A stretch of DNA of 64,000 bases. It comes from Eubacteriales bacterium. Lineage in GTDB: Bacteria; Bacillota; Clostridia; Oscillospirales; CAG-382. Made by a program: the position numbers and the translations under genes. Shown one piece after another: positions 30,284-39,252 of this stretch (within the stretch, counting starts at the first letter, position 1; each line of letters begins with the position of its first letter). The notes beneath the pieces were generated by a model. It had not been told where the DNA came from, did not search any database, and worked only from the letters and a program-made list of their open reading frames with translations. The stretch spans positions 235,917 through 299,916 of the forward strand of contig JBMNMA010000001.1 in the NCBI GenBank assembly GCA_050953105.1. The letters are read 5' to 3'.

Positions 30284-30370
30284 TTATTTCGCGTATTTTC
30301 TTCTTCTTCCAAACAGCCGTCTTAACAGCGGCCTTAACAGCCTTGGCGCCCGTATAACATAAATTCTCAT
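30284..30370 (-). CDS. spoVM: Stage V sporulation microprotein SpoVM (28 aa; below the ORF-track cutoff)
   Basis: MRIYVIRAPRLLRPLLRRLFGRRRKYAK*: amphipathic basic helix with Pro at position 9, as in B. subtilis SpoVM; AAAGGAG RBS. Confidence 0.8.
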   Translation of the reverse strand: MRIYVIRAPRLLRPLLRRLFGRRRKYAK

Positions 30371-30382
30371 TTCTATACTCCT

Positions 30383-30529
30383 TTATGCAATTAATATGAA
30401 AGCCCCCGCCCCCACGATTATTACCGCCGACACAAAAACCATGGCAGGCGCTGGAAGAAAGCAGCCCAGAAGCACTCCTGCACCAAAGGCCAAAACCGAA
30501 AATCCTACCGCTTTACGCCTGCAAAACAT
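30383..30529 (-). CDS. 48-aa two-helix hydrophobic microprotein directly upstream of spoVM
   Basis: MFCRRKAVGFSVLAFGAGVLLGCFLPAPAMVFVSAVIIVGAGAFILIA*; AAAGGCGTGA RBS; its stop overlaps the spoVM RBS. Confidence 0.7.
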   Translation of the reverse strand: MFCRRKAVGFSVLAFGAGVLLGCFLPAPAMVFVSAVIIVGAGAFILIA

Positions 30530-30530
30530 A

Positions 30531-30578
30531 AAAAATCACGCCTTTCGTTTGCAGTTTATGCAAAAAGGCGTGATTTGT
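30531..30578 (-). promoter_or_regulatory. Hairpin (terminator of the upstream lipoprotein gene) containing a sigma-E-like -10 for the spoVM unit
   Basis: AAATCACGCCTTT...AAAGGCGTGATTT inverted repeat; minus strand GCATAAACTG in the loop. Confidence 0.5.
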
Positions 30579-30591
30579 TGATAATTTTAAT

Positions 30592-32019
30592 TTAGTCTAT
30601 TGTCAGGGAAGTAGAAGTGGAGGAGGAGTTGCCGTAATAGTCATAAACCGTCACGGTTACCTTAAGCTCCGATTCCCCCTGGTTAAGTGTTACCGTTTGG
30701 GTGTAGGTAAAGGAGTCCTTGTTAAGCTGGGCTACCGGCGGCTGCTTGGTAACATCAGACCTGCCCTCTACAGAAATAACCACCTTTTCAATACCTGCGG
30801 CGTTATTTTGAACATCAACCCTTATTTCGGCCTTGCCACCCTCTTTAAGATCGATGGATACTTCGGGTTCCTCGAGCACTACATCCTTTTCACCGGTTTC
30901 ATAATAATGCTTGTAGGCTCTGTGGAATGCGGCCTTGTTGTTGTAGTCCTTGGCATAGTAATGGGAATAGGCAAAGGTTACATAGCCCGAAACGTAGGGG
31001 TTGGCAATTTCCATCTGGCGGATAAACCGGGATATGTAGGCCGAATTAAAGTCGGTGGTAAAGTTTTCGCTGTTGGCCCAGAAAAGCAGGCCTTCCTCGG
31101 TGTCCACCGCTTCCTTAAGGGCGGCGAAATAGGCGTCAAGCTGGTCGATTTTTATATGTCCTGCGCCCACCGCATCCTGGCAGCAGAAAATATCGCCGGG
31201 GCGGAAGTTGGCTGTGGCAAACACCTTTTTCCATTCCTCGCCGGCCTTGGCGGCAGAACCGCCGCCCGAACGGACAAAGGGTGAAAGAAGCATGGGCATT
31301 GAATCATCAAGCTCGGTTAAAGGATCTAGATACATATTCAAAAATTCGCCGGCTTTGGTTTCATTGCCGCTCATGCCGTTATACATTTCCCAGGTGAAAT
31401 ACCAGCCGTGAAGAGCGTTGGGATATTGGGATTTGTATTTGTTATATATTTCGGTGGCAATCTGCATTCCCAGTTGGCTCTGGGTTTTGTTCCATTCATT
31501 ATTGGTTACCGCAATGCTCCACCATTCGTCGGAAATGTTAAGTCCCACAAATACCTTAATTCCCTTTTCCTCGGCGGCTTGGAGGATTGCGGGCAGCATA
31601 TTAGGGTATTCGGTGTAGTCGTTGGTTTTATTATCTGCTGTAAGGTTGGAGGGGTAATAAACGGTTTTAAACTTACCGTATGGGGTGTCTGCTATCCATT
31701 GGATTATAAATATATCTATCCCAACTTCTTTAAGGCCGTCAAAATGGGTTTTCCACTGGTTTAACGACCATGAGCCGCAGGCCCAGGGCTGTATAAAGGT
31801 TCCCGAAACTACCGGCCAGGTGCGTTCAACGGGGGTGGAGGTTTCTTCGCTTGTTTCCATACTTTCTTCCTCACTTGATGTGTTTTCCTCGCCGGTGCTG
31901 TCGGCATCGCTTGTGGTATCAGCTGGCGAACTTTCGTCCTTTGACTTGTCGTCAACCGGTTTACCGCAGGCGGTAAGCAGCAGCATCAGCGCCAGAATAA
32001 GAATAAACAGCTTTTTCAT
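30592..32019 (-). CDS. DUF4434-like glycoside hydrolase-like lipoprotein
   Basis: LLTAC lipobox, Ser/Glu linker, SGTFIQPW, GIDIFIIQW, GIKVFVGL, GWYFTWE, QDAVGAG, WANSENF. Confidence 0.78.
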   Translation of the reverse strand: MKKLFILILALMLLLTACGKPVDDKSKDESSPADTTSDADSTGEENTSSEEESMETSEETSTPVERTWPVVSGTFIQPWACGSWSLNQWKTHFDGLKEVGIDIFIIQWIADTPYGKFKTVYYPSNLTADNKTNDYTEYPNMLPAILQAAEEKGIKVFVGLNISDEWWSIAVTNNEWNKTQSQLGMQIATEIYNKYKSQYPNALHGWYFTWEMYNGMSGNETKAGEFLNMYLDPLTELDDSMPMLLSPFVRSGGGSAAKAGEEWKKVFATANFRPGDIFCCQDAVGAGHIKIDQLDAYFAALKEAVDTEEGLLFWANSENFTTDFNSAYISRFIRQMEIANPYVSGYVTFAYSHYYAKDYNNKAAFHRAYKHYYETGEKDVVLEEPEVSIDLKEGGKAEIRVDVQNNAAGIEKVVISVEGRSDVTKQPPVAQLNKDSFTYTQTVTLNQGESELKVTVTVYDYYGNSSSTSTSLTID

Positions 32020-32038
32020 TGGGGTTTCTCCTTATTTT

Positions 32039-32566
32039 TTAACGTGTAAAAATGTTGTTTCCTAAAGCGTCTATGCCTACATACAGGGGGAAACTGTCAA
32101 ACACCAGTTCCTTTACCGATTCGCTGTCAAGCTCGGGAAAGGCGATAACCTTTACCGACTTTATATGCTTTGCCGCCAGCGCACCGGCGCCCCCTAAGGC
32201 AATAAGGTATAGTCCCTTGCGTCTTATTATAGCCTGCCTGACCTCCTCGCTCCGCTCACCCTTGCCTATGGTGGCAAACAACCCCATATCATAAAGCATG
32301 GGGGCAAAGGCATCCATCCTGGCAGAGGTGGTAGGGCCGAAAGAGCCGCAAACCTCACCGGGTTTAGCGGGGGTGGGACCGGCATAATAAATTACCGCAT
32401 TATTAATATCAAAGGGGGGATTTTCCCCCTTTTTTATAAGACAGGCCATTTTTTTATGGGCAGCGTCCCGGGCGGTGTAGATTGTTCCCGATAGGGTTAT
32501 TTCATCCCCGGCTTTAAGGTTTGGTGATGCCTGGATAAGCTCACCCACCGATAAGAAATTTTTCAT
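32039..32566 (-). CDS. Fe-S fumarate/tartrate hydratase beta subunit
   Basis: LSGTIYTARDAAHKK, YYAGPTPA, GPTTSARMD, IGKGER. Confidence 0.92.
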   Translation of the reverse strand: MKNFLSVGELIQASPNLKAGDEITLSGTIYTARDAAHKKMACLIKKGENPPFDINNAVIYYAGPTPAKPGEVCGSFGPTTSARMDAFAPMLYDMGLFATIGKGERSEEVRQAIIRRKGLYLIALGGAGALAAKHIKSVKVIAFPELDSESVKELVFDSFPLYVGIDALGNNIFTR

Positions 32567-33090
32567 ATCTGTGGCTCCGCAAGAAAGCGGGACATTTCCT
32601 CCACTGCCGTGTCAAGGTGCTTGTTCATTAACTCAAGGCTTTGATTGGCCTTTTGAAAATAATCCCGGTAAATTAATGACAACTGCTTTGCTTTTTCGGT
32701 GTATTCCTCTGCCTTGACAATGGCCTTGGCCACATAGTTTTCAGCGTCGCTTTTGGCTATGGAAATAATTTTCGCCTTTTCGGCTTTGGCTTCGGCCAGA
32801 ATGGCTGAAGCGGCACTTTCTGCGGCGGAAAACTTTTCCCCCAGCCTTGCGTTTATGGCGTCGGTTTCTTTTTGCTTGGTTTCAAGCAGTTCCTCATATT
32901 CGGCTTTTACGGAGGCTACTTCTGCCTCCTTTTTTTGGCATTCCGTTTTATAAAATTCCAGTTCCGAATAAAGTCTTTTAATTTCGTCGTCCTTTTCTGC
33001 CAGGGCGTTAATATGGGCCTCATTTAAACGAAGGAGGAATTCGTCAACTTCTTTTCGCTTATAGCTCTTAAGCACCGGAATTTCGCTCAT
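32563..33090 (-). CDS. DivIVA-domain coiled-coil protein
   Basis: N-terminal SYKRKEVDEFL (DivIVA/GpsB-like) followed by a long Ala/Glu/Lys coiled coil. Confidence 0.7.
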   Translation of the reverse strand: MSEIPVLKSYKRKEVDEFLLRLNEAHINALAEKDDEIKRLYSELEFYKTECQKKEAEVASVKAEYEELLETKQKETDAINARLGEKFSAAESAASAILAEAKAEKAKIISIAKSDAENYVAKAIVKAEEYTEKAKQLSLIYRDYFQKANQSLELMNKHLDTAVEEMSRFLAEPQI

Positions 33091-33123
33091 TATATTCCGC
33101 CTTTCATAAAATATTCCAACTAT

Positions 33124-33152
33124 ATTCTAAATCAAACCGGCCTTAATGTCAA
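33124..33152 (-). promoter_or_regulatory. sigma-A promoter for the DivIVA-like / hydratase beta / lipoprotein unit
   Basis: Minus strand TTGACA-17 nt-TAGAAT. Confidence 0.6.
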
Positions 33153-33227
33153 TGCTTTTTTGGCTACTTAAAGCATATACATTATTTACGGGAACTGTCT
33201 TTATTAAATAGAAAGAAGTATGTATGA

Positions 33228-34511
33228 ATGCTTGAAACAGTAAAAAATCTGGTTTGGGGTATTCCCACGGTGGTAGCCCTGTCGGCTTTTGGCTTATATT
33301 TTACTATAAAAAGCCGCTTTTTTCAGATAACCGGACTGCCTTCGGTGTTTGCCGATGCCTTTAGGGATATAAAAAAGTCGTCGGGCAGCGGCATTTCCGC
33401 AGCGGCGGCGTTGTCCACCGCCCTTGGGGGGACGGTGGGGATAGGTTCTATAAGCGGCGTGGCCCTTGCCATATCCCAAGGGGGCGTGGGGAGCATCTTT
33501 TGGATGTGGGTGGTGGGCTTTTTGGGATGCATGGTGAAATACGCCGAAATTAACGTGGCGGTATCGGGGCGGAAGAAAATAAACGGCATATACACCGGCG
33601 GCGCCATGACAAGCCTTTATGATGACGGTAAGAAATTTGCCGCTGTCTTTTTCGCAATAATGTGTATTTTCGCTTCCTTTTGTACCGGCTGCCTGACACA
33701 GTCGTCGGCGGTTACCGCCACCCTAACGCTAAACGGAATTCCAAAGGTAATTTGCGGGGCCTTTATTTCGGCTGCGGTTTTGCTGTCGGTTGCCGGGGGA
33801 CGGAGAGCCATTGCCGGAATATCCTGCGTTCTTGTACCGGCGGCAAGCTTTATCTACATAATATTGACTCTATATATAATTATATCGCATATTACAGCTT
33901 TACCAACTGTTTTTATAAAGATTTTCACTTACGCTTTCGGCATAAGGCAGGCGGGGGCGGGGATAATGGGCTATACCGTCATGGCTGCAATGAAGGTGGG
34001 ATGGGCGAGGGGGATTTTTTCCTCTGAGGCGGGGATGGGTTCGTCCCCAATAGTTCACTCGGCATCCGAAAACGCTACCCCCCACACCCAGGGGAAATGG
34101 GGGATTATTGAAATGATAGCCGATATTTTCGTGTTTTCCACCCTCACCGCCCTTGCCCTTGAAAGTTCGGGCTTTAGCGACGTGGGGATTATGTATTTCA
34201 GGGTTTTCGGCTCCTTTGGCAGGGTTGTTTTACCCTCCCTGCTTGCTATTTTCGGCTTTGCTTCGATAATAAGCTGGTGTTTTTATGCCGAAAGCAGTAT
34301 TAAGTTTCTGTTTTCTGACCGCAGCAAAGTCGTATCGCTTATCTACCGCATTGCCGTGTCGTTGTTGTCCTTTGCCGGTGCGGTGGCGGCGGCGACGGTG
34401 GTGTGGGATCTGGCCGACATTTTTAATGCACTTATGATGTTTCCCAATCTATATTTGCTTTTTAATAAACGAAAGGAAATATGCTTATGCTTTGGCACAA
34501 AGAAAAGGTAA
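33228..34511 (+). CDS. Alanine/glycine:cation symporter (AGCS family)
   Basis: TALGGTVGIGSISGVA, GSIFWMW, RGIFSSEAGMGSSP, NALMMFPNL. Confidence 0.9.
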   Translation: MLETVKNLVWGIPTVVALSAFGLYFTIKSRFFQITGLPSVFADAFRDIKKSSGSGISAAAALSTALGGTVGIGSISGVALAISQGGVGSIFWMWVVGFLGCMVKYAEINVAVSGRKKINGIYTGGAMTSLYDDGKKFAAVFFAIMCIFASFCTGCLTQSSAVTATLTLNGIPKVICGAFISAAVLLSVAGGRRAIAGISCVLVPAASFIYIILTLYIIISHITALPTVFIKIFTYAFGIRQAGAGIMGYTVMAAMKVGWARGIFSSEAGMGSSPIVHSASENATPHTQGKWGIIEMIADIFVFSTLTALALESSGFSDVGIMYFRVFGSFGRVVLPSLLAIFGFASIISWCFYAESSIKFLFSDRSKVVSLIYRIAVSLLSFAGAVAAATVVWDLADIFNALMMFPNLYLLFNKRKEICLCFGTKKR

Positions 34512-36976
34512 AAACAGTTTTTAACCACCTTGCCACGGGGGAAGGGGGGCTTACTCCGGAGGAGGCCGAAAAACGCCTTGATACATACGGGGAAAATATA
34601 CTTACCGAAGGGAAAAAGGAGGGGATTTTAAAAAAATTTTTAATGTCCTTAGCCGACGTTATGACCTTTGTCTTGTTTGCGGCGGCTGCCGTTTCCTTTG
34701 TGGTGTCCAAAATTCAGGGGGAAACCACCCTGGACGCCTTTATAATTTTAGCTATTCTTCTGTTAAATTCGGTAATATCTATTATTCAGGAAAACAAGGC
34801 CGAAAAGGCGCTGGAGGCGTTAAAAAGCCTTTCATCCCCCACCACAAGGGTTATACGGGGTAGCAAGGAATATGTCATTGACAGCCGTTTTGTGGTGCCG
34901 GGGGATATTATTATATTTGAAAAGGGGAACTTTGTTCCGGCCGACTGCCGGCTTTTCGAGTCGTTTTCCCTTATTGCCGACGAATCCCCCCTTACCGGCG
35001 AATCAATGGGGGTGTATAAGACAACTTCCCCCATTACGGGTAACGAAAAGCATCTGTCATCAATGCATAACATGGTGTGGTCGGGGACAACCATAACCGG
35101 CGGTCACGGAAAAGGTGTGGCGGTGGCAACCGGTATGGCCACCCGGATGGGGAGCATTGCGGGAATGCTTTCTGAAAACACACGGCAAAAAACTCCGCTT
35201 CAAAAGCGGCTTGCCAAAACCTCTGCCGGATTAGGGAACGCCGCTTTGATTATTTGTCTTGTTATTTTCATTTTGTCTATAATCAGGGGATTTCCCGTTG
35301 CCGAAATGTTTTTGACCTCGGTGTCCCTGGCGGTGGCGGCCATTCCCGAAGGGCTGCCGGCCATTGTTACCATTATGCTTTCAATAGGCGTTACAGACAT
35401 GGCAGGCAAAAAGGCAGTTGTGAAAAGGCTGCCCGCCGTAGAAACCTTAGGCTGCTCCACCGTAATATGTTCCGACAAGACGGGAACCCTTACCCAAAAC
35501 AAAATGACGGTAACCAAATGGGACGGGGATACGTTTCTTATTTCAAAGCTGGTTGCGTTAAATAACCGCCTGTCATCCCCCACCGAGCAGGCGTTGTATA
35601 ACTTTGCGGCAACAAAGATACAAAATATTGAAAATTTCCGGCTTGAAAGGCCTATACTTGATGAAATTCCCTTTGATTCAAAGACTAAAATAATGATAAC
35701 GTTGCATAATGAGGGGAAGGACTTTCTTGCCGTAATAAAGGGGGCACCCGAGGAGGTTGAAAGGTATTCCAAGGGCAGGTTTGACCGGCAAAAGCTTGAA
35801 TCATTTGCCAATGACGGACTGAGAGTGATCGGCGTGGGGTATGCCAGGCTTAAAGAAAAGCCGGCGAACCTGCTTAACGTTAAATACACCCTTTGCGGCA
35901 TGGCCGGGATGATGGATATCCCCCGGTCTGAGGCGGCACAGGCAGTGGCCAAATGCAAAAAGGCGGGTATTAAGGTGGTTATGATTACCGGCGACCACAA
36001 GGATACCGCCGTGGCGGTGGCTAAAATGTTAGGCATATTCGGCGAAGGAGACAAGGCCTACACCCAGAGCGAAATTGAGGATATGCCGGTTGAAAAACAG
36101 GAAAGCGCCCTCCTTTCGGCATCTGTGTTTGCCCGCACCACCCCGGAATTTAAGGTCAAGATAGTTGACGCTTATAAAAAGCAGGGTGGCGTGGTGGCCA
36201 TGACGGGGGACGGGGTTAATGATGCTCCAGCCCTTAAAAAAGCCGATATCGGCTGCGCCATGGGAAAGTCAGGGACGGATGTGGCAAGGGAGGCCGGAGA
36301 TTTAATACTCACCGACGACAACTTTGCCACCATAGTTGAAGCGGTTAAGGCAGGACGGGGGATATACGCCAACATCCGCCGGGCGGTGCATTTTCTTATT
36401 TCCTGCAATATCGGTGAAATTGCCACGGTTTTTACCGCCATTATGCTTGCCCGTCCGTCACCCCTAACGGCGGTTCAGCTTTTGTGGGTGAACTTGGTTA
36501 CCGATTCCCTGCCGGCAATAGCCTTGGGCCTTGAAAAAACAAAGGACGACGTTATGGAAAGGCCGCCGATAAAATCCAATTCGGGACTGTTTTCAAAGGC
36601 AGACAAGGCACTTATACTCCTTGAAGGCCTTATGGTGGGATCCCTTACCCTCGTGGCGTATCTTATCGGTTCCAAAACATCGGCAAGAGTGGGGTCTACC
36701 ATGGCTTTCGGTGTGTTGTCCTTTTCCCAGCTTTTCCACTCCTTTAACATGAGATCGTCAAAGCCCTTGATTTTCGCAGGGTTAAATCTGCCCTTGATAC
36801 TGGCGTTTTTGGCATCGTCGGCAATGCAGCTTACTGTTATGCTCATTCCCGCACTAAACGGGATTTTCGGTGTGGCTCACCTGGAATCTTTCCAGTGGCT
36901 TACCGTGTTCGGACTTTCGGCATCAATTTTGGTGGCCGGTGAGTTTTCAAAGATTTTCAGAAAAAGAAAGGGTTAA
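34487..36976 (+). CDS. P-type II (Ca2+-type) ATPase
   Basis: LTGES, AIPEGLP, CSDKTGTLT, KGAPE, TGDGVNDAPALK, LWVNLVTD. Confidence 0.93.
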   Translation: MLWHKEKVKTVFNHLATGEGGLTPEEAEKRLDTYGENILTEGKKEGILKKFLMSLADVMTFVLFAAAAVSFVVSKIQGETTLDAFIILAILLLNSVISIIQENKAEKALEALKSLSSPTTRVIRGSKEYVIDSRFVVPGDIIIFEKGNFVPADCRLFESFSLIADESPLTGESMGVYKTTSPITGNEKHLSSMHNMVWSGTTITGGHGKGVAVATGMATRMGSIAGMLSENTRQKTPLQKRLAKTSAGLGNAALIICLVIFILSIIRGFPVAEMFLTSVSLAVAAIPEGLPAIVTIMLSIGVTDMAGKKAVVKRLPAVETLGCSTVICSDKTGTLTQNKMTVTKWDGDTFLISKLVALNNRLSSPTEQALYNFAATKIQNIENFRLERPILDEIPFDSKTKIMITLHNEGKDFLAVIKGAPEEVERYSKGRFDRQKLESFANDGLRVIGVGYARLKEKPANLLNVKYTLCGMAGMMDIPRSEAAQAVAKCKKAGIKVVMITGDHKDTAVAVAKMLGIFGEGDKAYTQSEIEDMPVEKQESALLSASVFARTTPEFKVKIVDAYKKQGGVVAMTGDGVNDAPALKKADIGCAMGKSGTDVAREAGDLILTDDNFATIVEAVKAGRGIYANIRRAVHFLISCNIGEIATVFTAIMLARPSPLTAVQLLWVNLVTDSLPAIALGLEKTKDDVMERPPIKSNSGLFSKADKALILLEGLMVGSLTLVAYLIGSKTSARVGSTMAFGVLSFSQLFHSFNMRSSKPLIFAGLNLPLILAFLASSAMQLTVMLIPALNGIFGVAHLESFQWLTVFGLSASILVAGEFSKIFRKRKG

Positions 36977-37049
36977 CCACAAACACCTTGATTTATACCG
37001 ATGTTTGTGATATTATCGCCATATAAAATCAAACGGACGGTAAAAAGGC

Positions 37050-38054
37050 ATGATATACAAAGAGTATAATTTTGCAGACACTAACATATTTAAACTTTTA
37101 GGCAGGACAAAAAAAGAGGATTCCTCCCTGATGTTGCCCTGGTCTTATGGCGGAATTGCTTTTAACTTTACAGGAACGGGGCTTATTCTTTCATTTAAAA
37201 AGCAGGATGCCGACTGCGTGGCATATCTGCGGGTAACGGTGGACGGCAAAAGCGCCAGATACGGTATTTCCGACGGCAGAGAGGTTATAATTATAGAAGG
37301 CCTTGAGGAAGGCACCCATTATGCCGAAATAATTAGGGTTACCGAGGGCATGACACCCGTAACCCTTGACAATATAAAAATTACCGGCACAAATCCTGTA
37401 ATCACAGACAGACCTTCTGATAAAAAATTAAAAATAGAGTTTATTGGAGACTCCATCACCTGCGGCTACGGGGTGGCTGCTCCGGCAGAGGTAAACGTGT
37501 TTAACACCTACGAAGAGGACTGCACCCTAACCTATGCCTATGCCGCTGCAAAGCTGCTGGATGCGGATATTTCCTTTGCCGGGGCATCGGGCAAGGGCAT
37601 TGTGGCCAACTGTGTGGGAAACCGGGAGGACATGACTCTGCGGCAGGCCTTTGATTGGGAAACCCGCCAGGGGGGCAGATGGAATCATAATAATTTTATA
37701 CCCAATATAGTGGTGGTAAACGCCGGCACCAATGATGCCTGGGGCGGAGTATCCCATGAGGAATACATTAAAACCGCAGTGGAGTTTACTTTGGAAATTC
37801 GTGAATGCTACCCTGACGCTGCGATATTATGGGTTTACGGCATAATGGACACCAGCAAGCTGGATGCCGTGGAAAAAGCTGTGGAACTTGCCAATGCCAC
37901 AGACAAAAATAAAAACGTGCATTTTCTGGCGGTTAAAGATATGAATTCGGTTGGCGGCGAGGTGGGCGGAGGAGGTCACCCCAACGTTAACACCACCAAA
38001 AGGGTTGCTCCCCTGCTTGCCGGTAAAATAAAGGAGATATTGAATTTACAGTAA
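37050..38054 (+). CDS. SGNH esterase, carbohydrate esterase family 2-like
   Basis: N-terminal beta domain followed by IEFIGDSITCGYG, NAGTND and GGGHP. Confidence 0.82.
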   Translation: MIYKEYNFADTNIFKLLGRTKKEDSSLMLPWSYGGIAFNFTGTGLILSFKKQDADCVAYLRVTVDGKSARYGISDGREVIIIEGLEEGTHYAEIIRVTEGMTPVTLDNIKITGTNPVITDRPSDKKLKIEFIGDSITCGYGVAAPAEVNVFNTYEEDCTLTYAYAAAKLLDADISFAGASGKGIVANCVGNREDMTLRQAFDWETRQGGRWNHNNFIPNIVVVNAGTNDAWGGVSHEEYIKTAVEFTLEIRECYPDAAILWVYGIMDTSKLDAVEKAVELANATDKNKNVHFLAVKDMNSVGGEVGGGGHPNVNTTKRVAPLLAGKIKEILNLQ

Positions 38055-38104
38055 ACCCAAAAGGCAGGATAGGCAGCATAAAGATAAAGCAGAGGAATAA
38101 GGGT

Positions 38105-39070
38105 TTGAAAGAGATAGTTGTAAATAAAAACGATTCGTCCCAGCGGATTGACAAGTTTTTAACCAAAAGGTTTTCCGGCATGCCCAAAAGCCTGTTATAT
38201 AAATATATACGCACCAAGCGGGTTAAGGTAAACGGCAAAAGGGTAAAGGAAAACCATATGCTAAACGAAGGGGATGTGATTTCCCTTTATATTTCGGAGG
38301 AATTCTTTGCAGAAAGCCCCGAAAAGGCCTTTTTACGCTCAAGAAGTGATATTAAGGTATGCTATGAGGACGAAAACATTCTTATTGTGGACAAGGAAAA
38401 AGGGCTGCTGTGCCATTCCGAAGAACCGGAGAATGAAAATGTCATCGAAGACACCCTTATCGACCGGATAAAAGCCTATCTTTATAACAAGGGGGAGTAT
38501 AACCCCGAAACCGAAAACTCCTTTGCTCCCGCTTTATGCAATCGTATTGACCGAAACACCCAAGGTCTGGTGATTGCCGCAAAAAACGCCGAATCCCTTA
38601 GGACAATGAACGAGATAATAAAAAACCGGGAAATCGAAAAGACCTACCTTGCCGCCGCCCATGGAATTTTTGAAAGCAAAAAAGGCGAGATGGTGTCCTA
38701 CCTTGAAAAAAACAAGGAGCAAAACCGGGTGTATGTAAAAAGCGCTCCGGTAAAGGGGGCGCTGACGGCTAAGCTGGAATATGAGGTTTTAGCCGAAAAC
38801 AAGCAAAAAAATCTGTCGCTGGTTAAAATAAACCTTAAAACCGGCAGAACACACCAAATAAGAGCCCAGCTTGCCGCTGCAGGACACCCTTTACTGGGTG
38901 ACGGAAAATATGCCGTCAACAAAGAGGACAGGAAAATGGGATATTCCTCCCAGGCGCTATGCTCCTATTCGGTAAAGTTTAAGTTTGCTGCTGACCAAGG
39001 GATTTTAAATTATTTAAATGACGTTGAGGTAAAAACCCAAAAGCCGGATTTTGTGAAGTTGTTTTATTAA
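38105..39070 (+). CDS. RluA-family pseudouridine synthase (S4 plus catalytic domain)
   Basis: QRIDKFL, CNRIDRNTQGL, TGRTHQIRAQLA, GHPLLGDGKY. Confidence 0.93.
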   Translation: MKEIVVNKNDSSQRIDKFLTKRFSGMPKSLLYKYIRTKRVKVNGKRVKENHMLNEGDVISLYISEEFFAESPEKAFLRSRSDIKVCYEDENILIVDKEKGLLCHSEEPENENVIEDTLIDRIKAYLYNKGEYNPETENSFAPALCNRIDRNTQGLVIAAKNAESLRTMNEIIKNREIEKTYLAAAHGIFESKKGEMVSYLEKNKEQNRVYVKSAPVKGALTAKLEYEVLAENKQKNLSLVKINLKTGRTHQIRAQLAAAGHPLLGDGKYAVNKEDRKMGYSSQALCSYSVKFKFAADQGILNYLNDVEVKTQKPDFVKLFY

Positions 39071-39109
39071 GATTGACCTTGTATAGCATATTTAAGTTTT
39101 ATTGCTACA

Positions 39110-39169
39110 CTCCCTAATACGTCAGCCTTCGTCTGACACCTTCCCCTCAAGGGGAAGGCTTTTATTTTT
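39110..39169 (+). repeat. REP-like double-hairpin element
   Basis: GTCAG-ccttcgt-CTGAC then CCTTCCCCT-ca-AGGGGAAGG plus T tract; the second hairpin resembles the one at 1493-1513. Confidence 0.5.
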
Positions 39170-39213
39170 ATCCTTCTCACTGCTACTACATTAAACGGCA
39201 TCTAAAAATAAAA

Positions 39214-39234
39214 CGGGCGGATAATATCCGCCCG
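39214..39234 (-). terminator. Terminator for the lon-yihA unit
   Basis: CGGGCGGATA-a-TATCCGCCCG with an A tract on the plus-strand 5' side. Confidence 0.65.
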
Positions 39235-39252
39235 AAAGGGTTTGTTAATTTG

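Noticed and set aside
30396-30581. 61-aa plus-strand ORF
   Set aside because: Antisense shadow of the hydrophobic microprotein, which has the RBS and operon context
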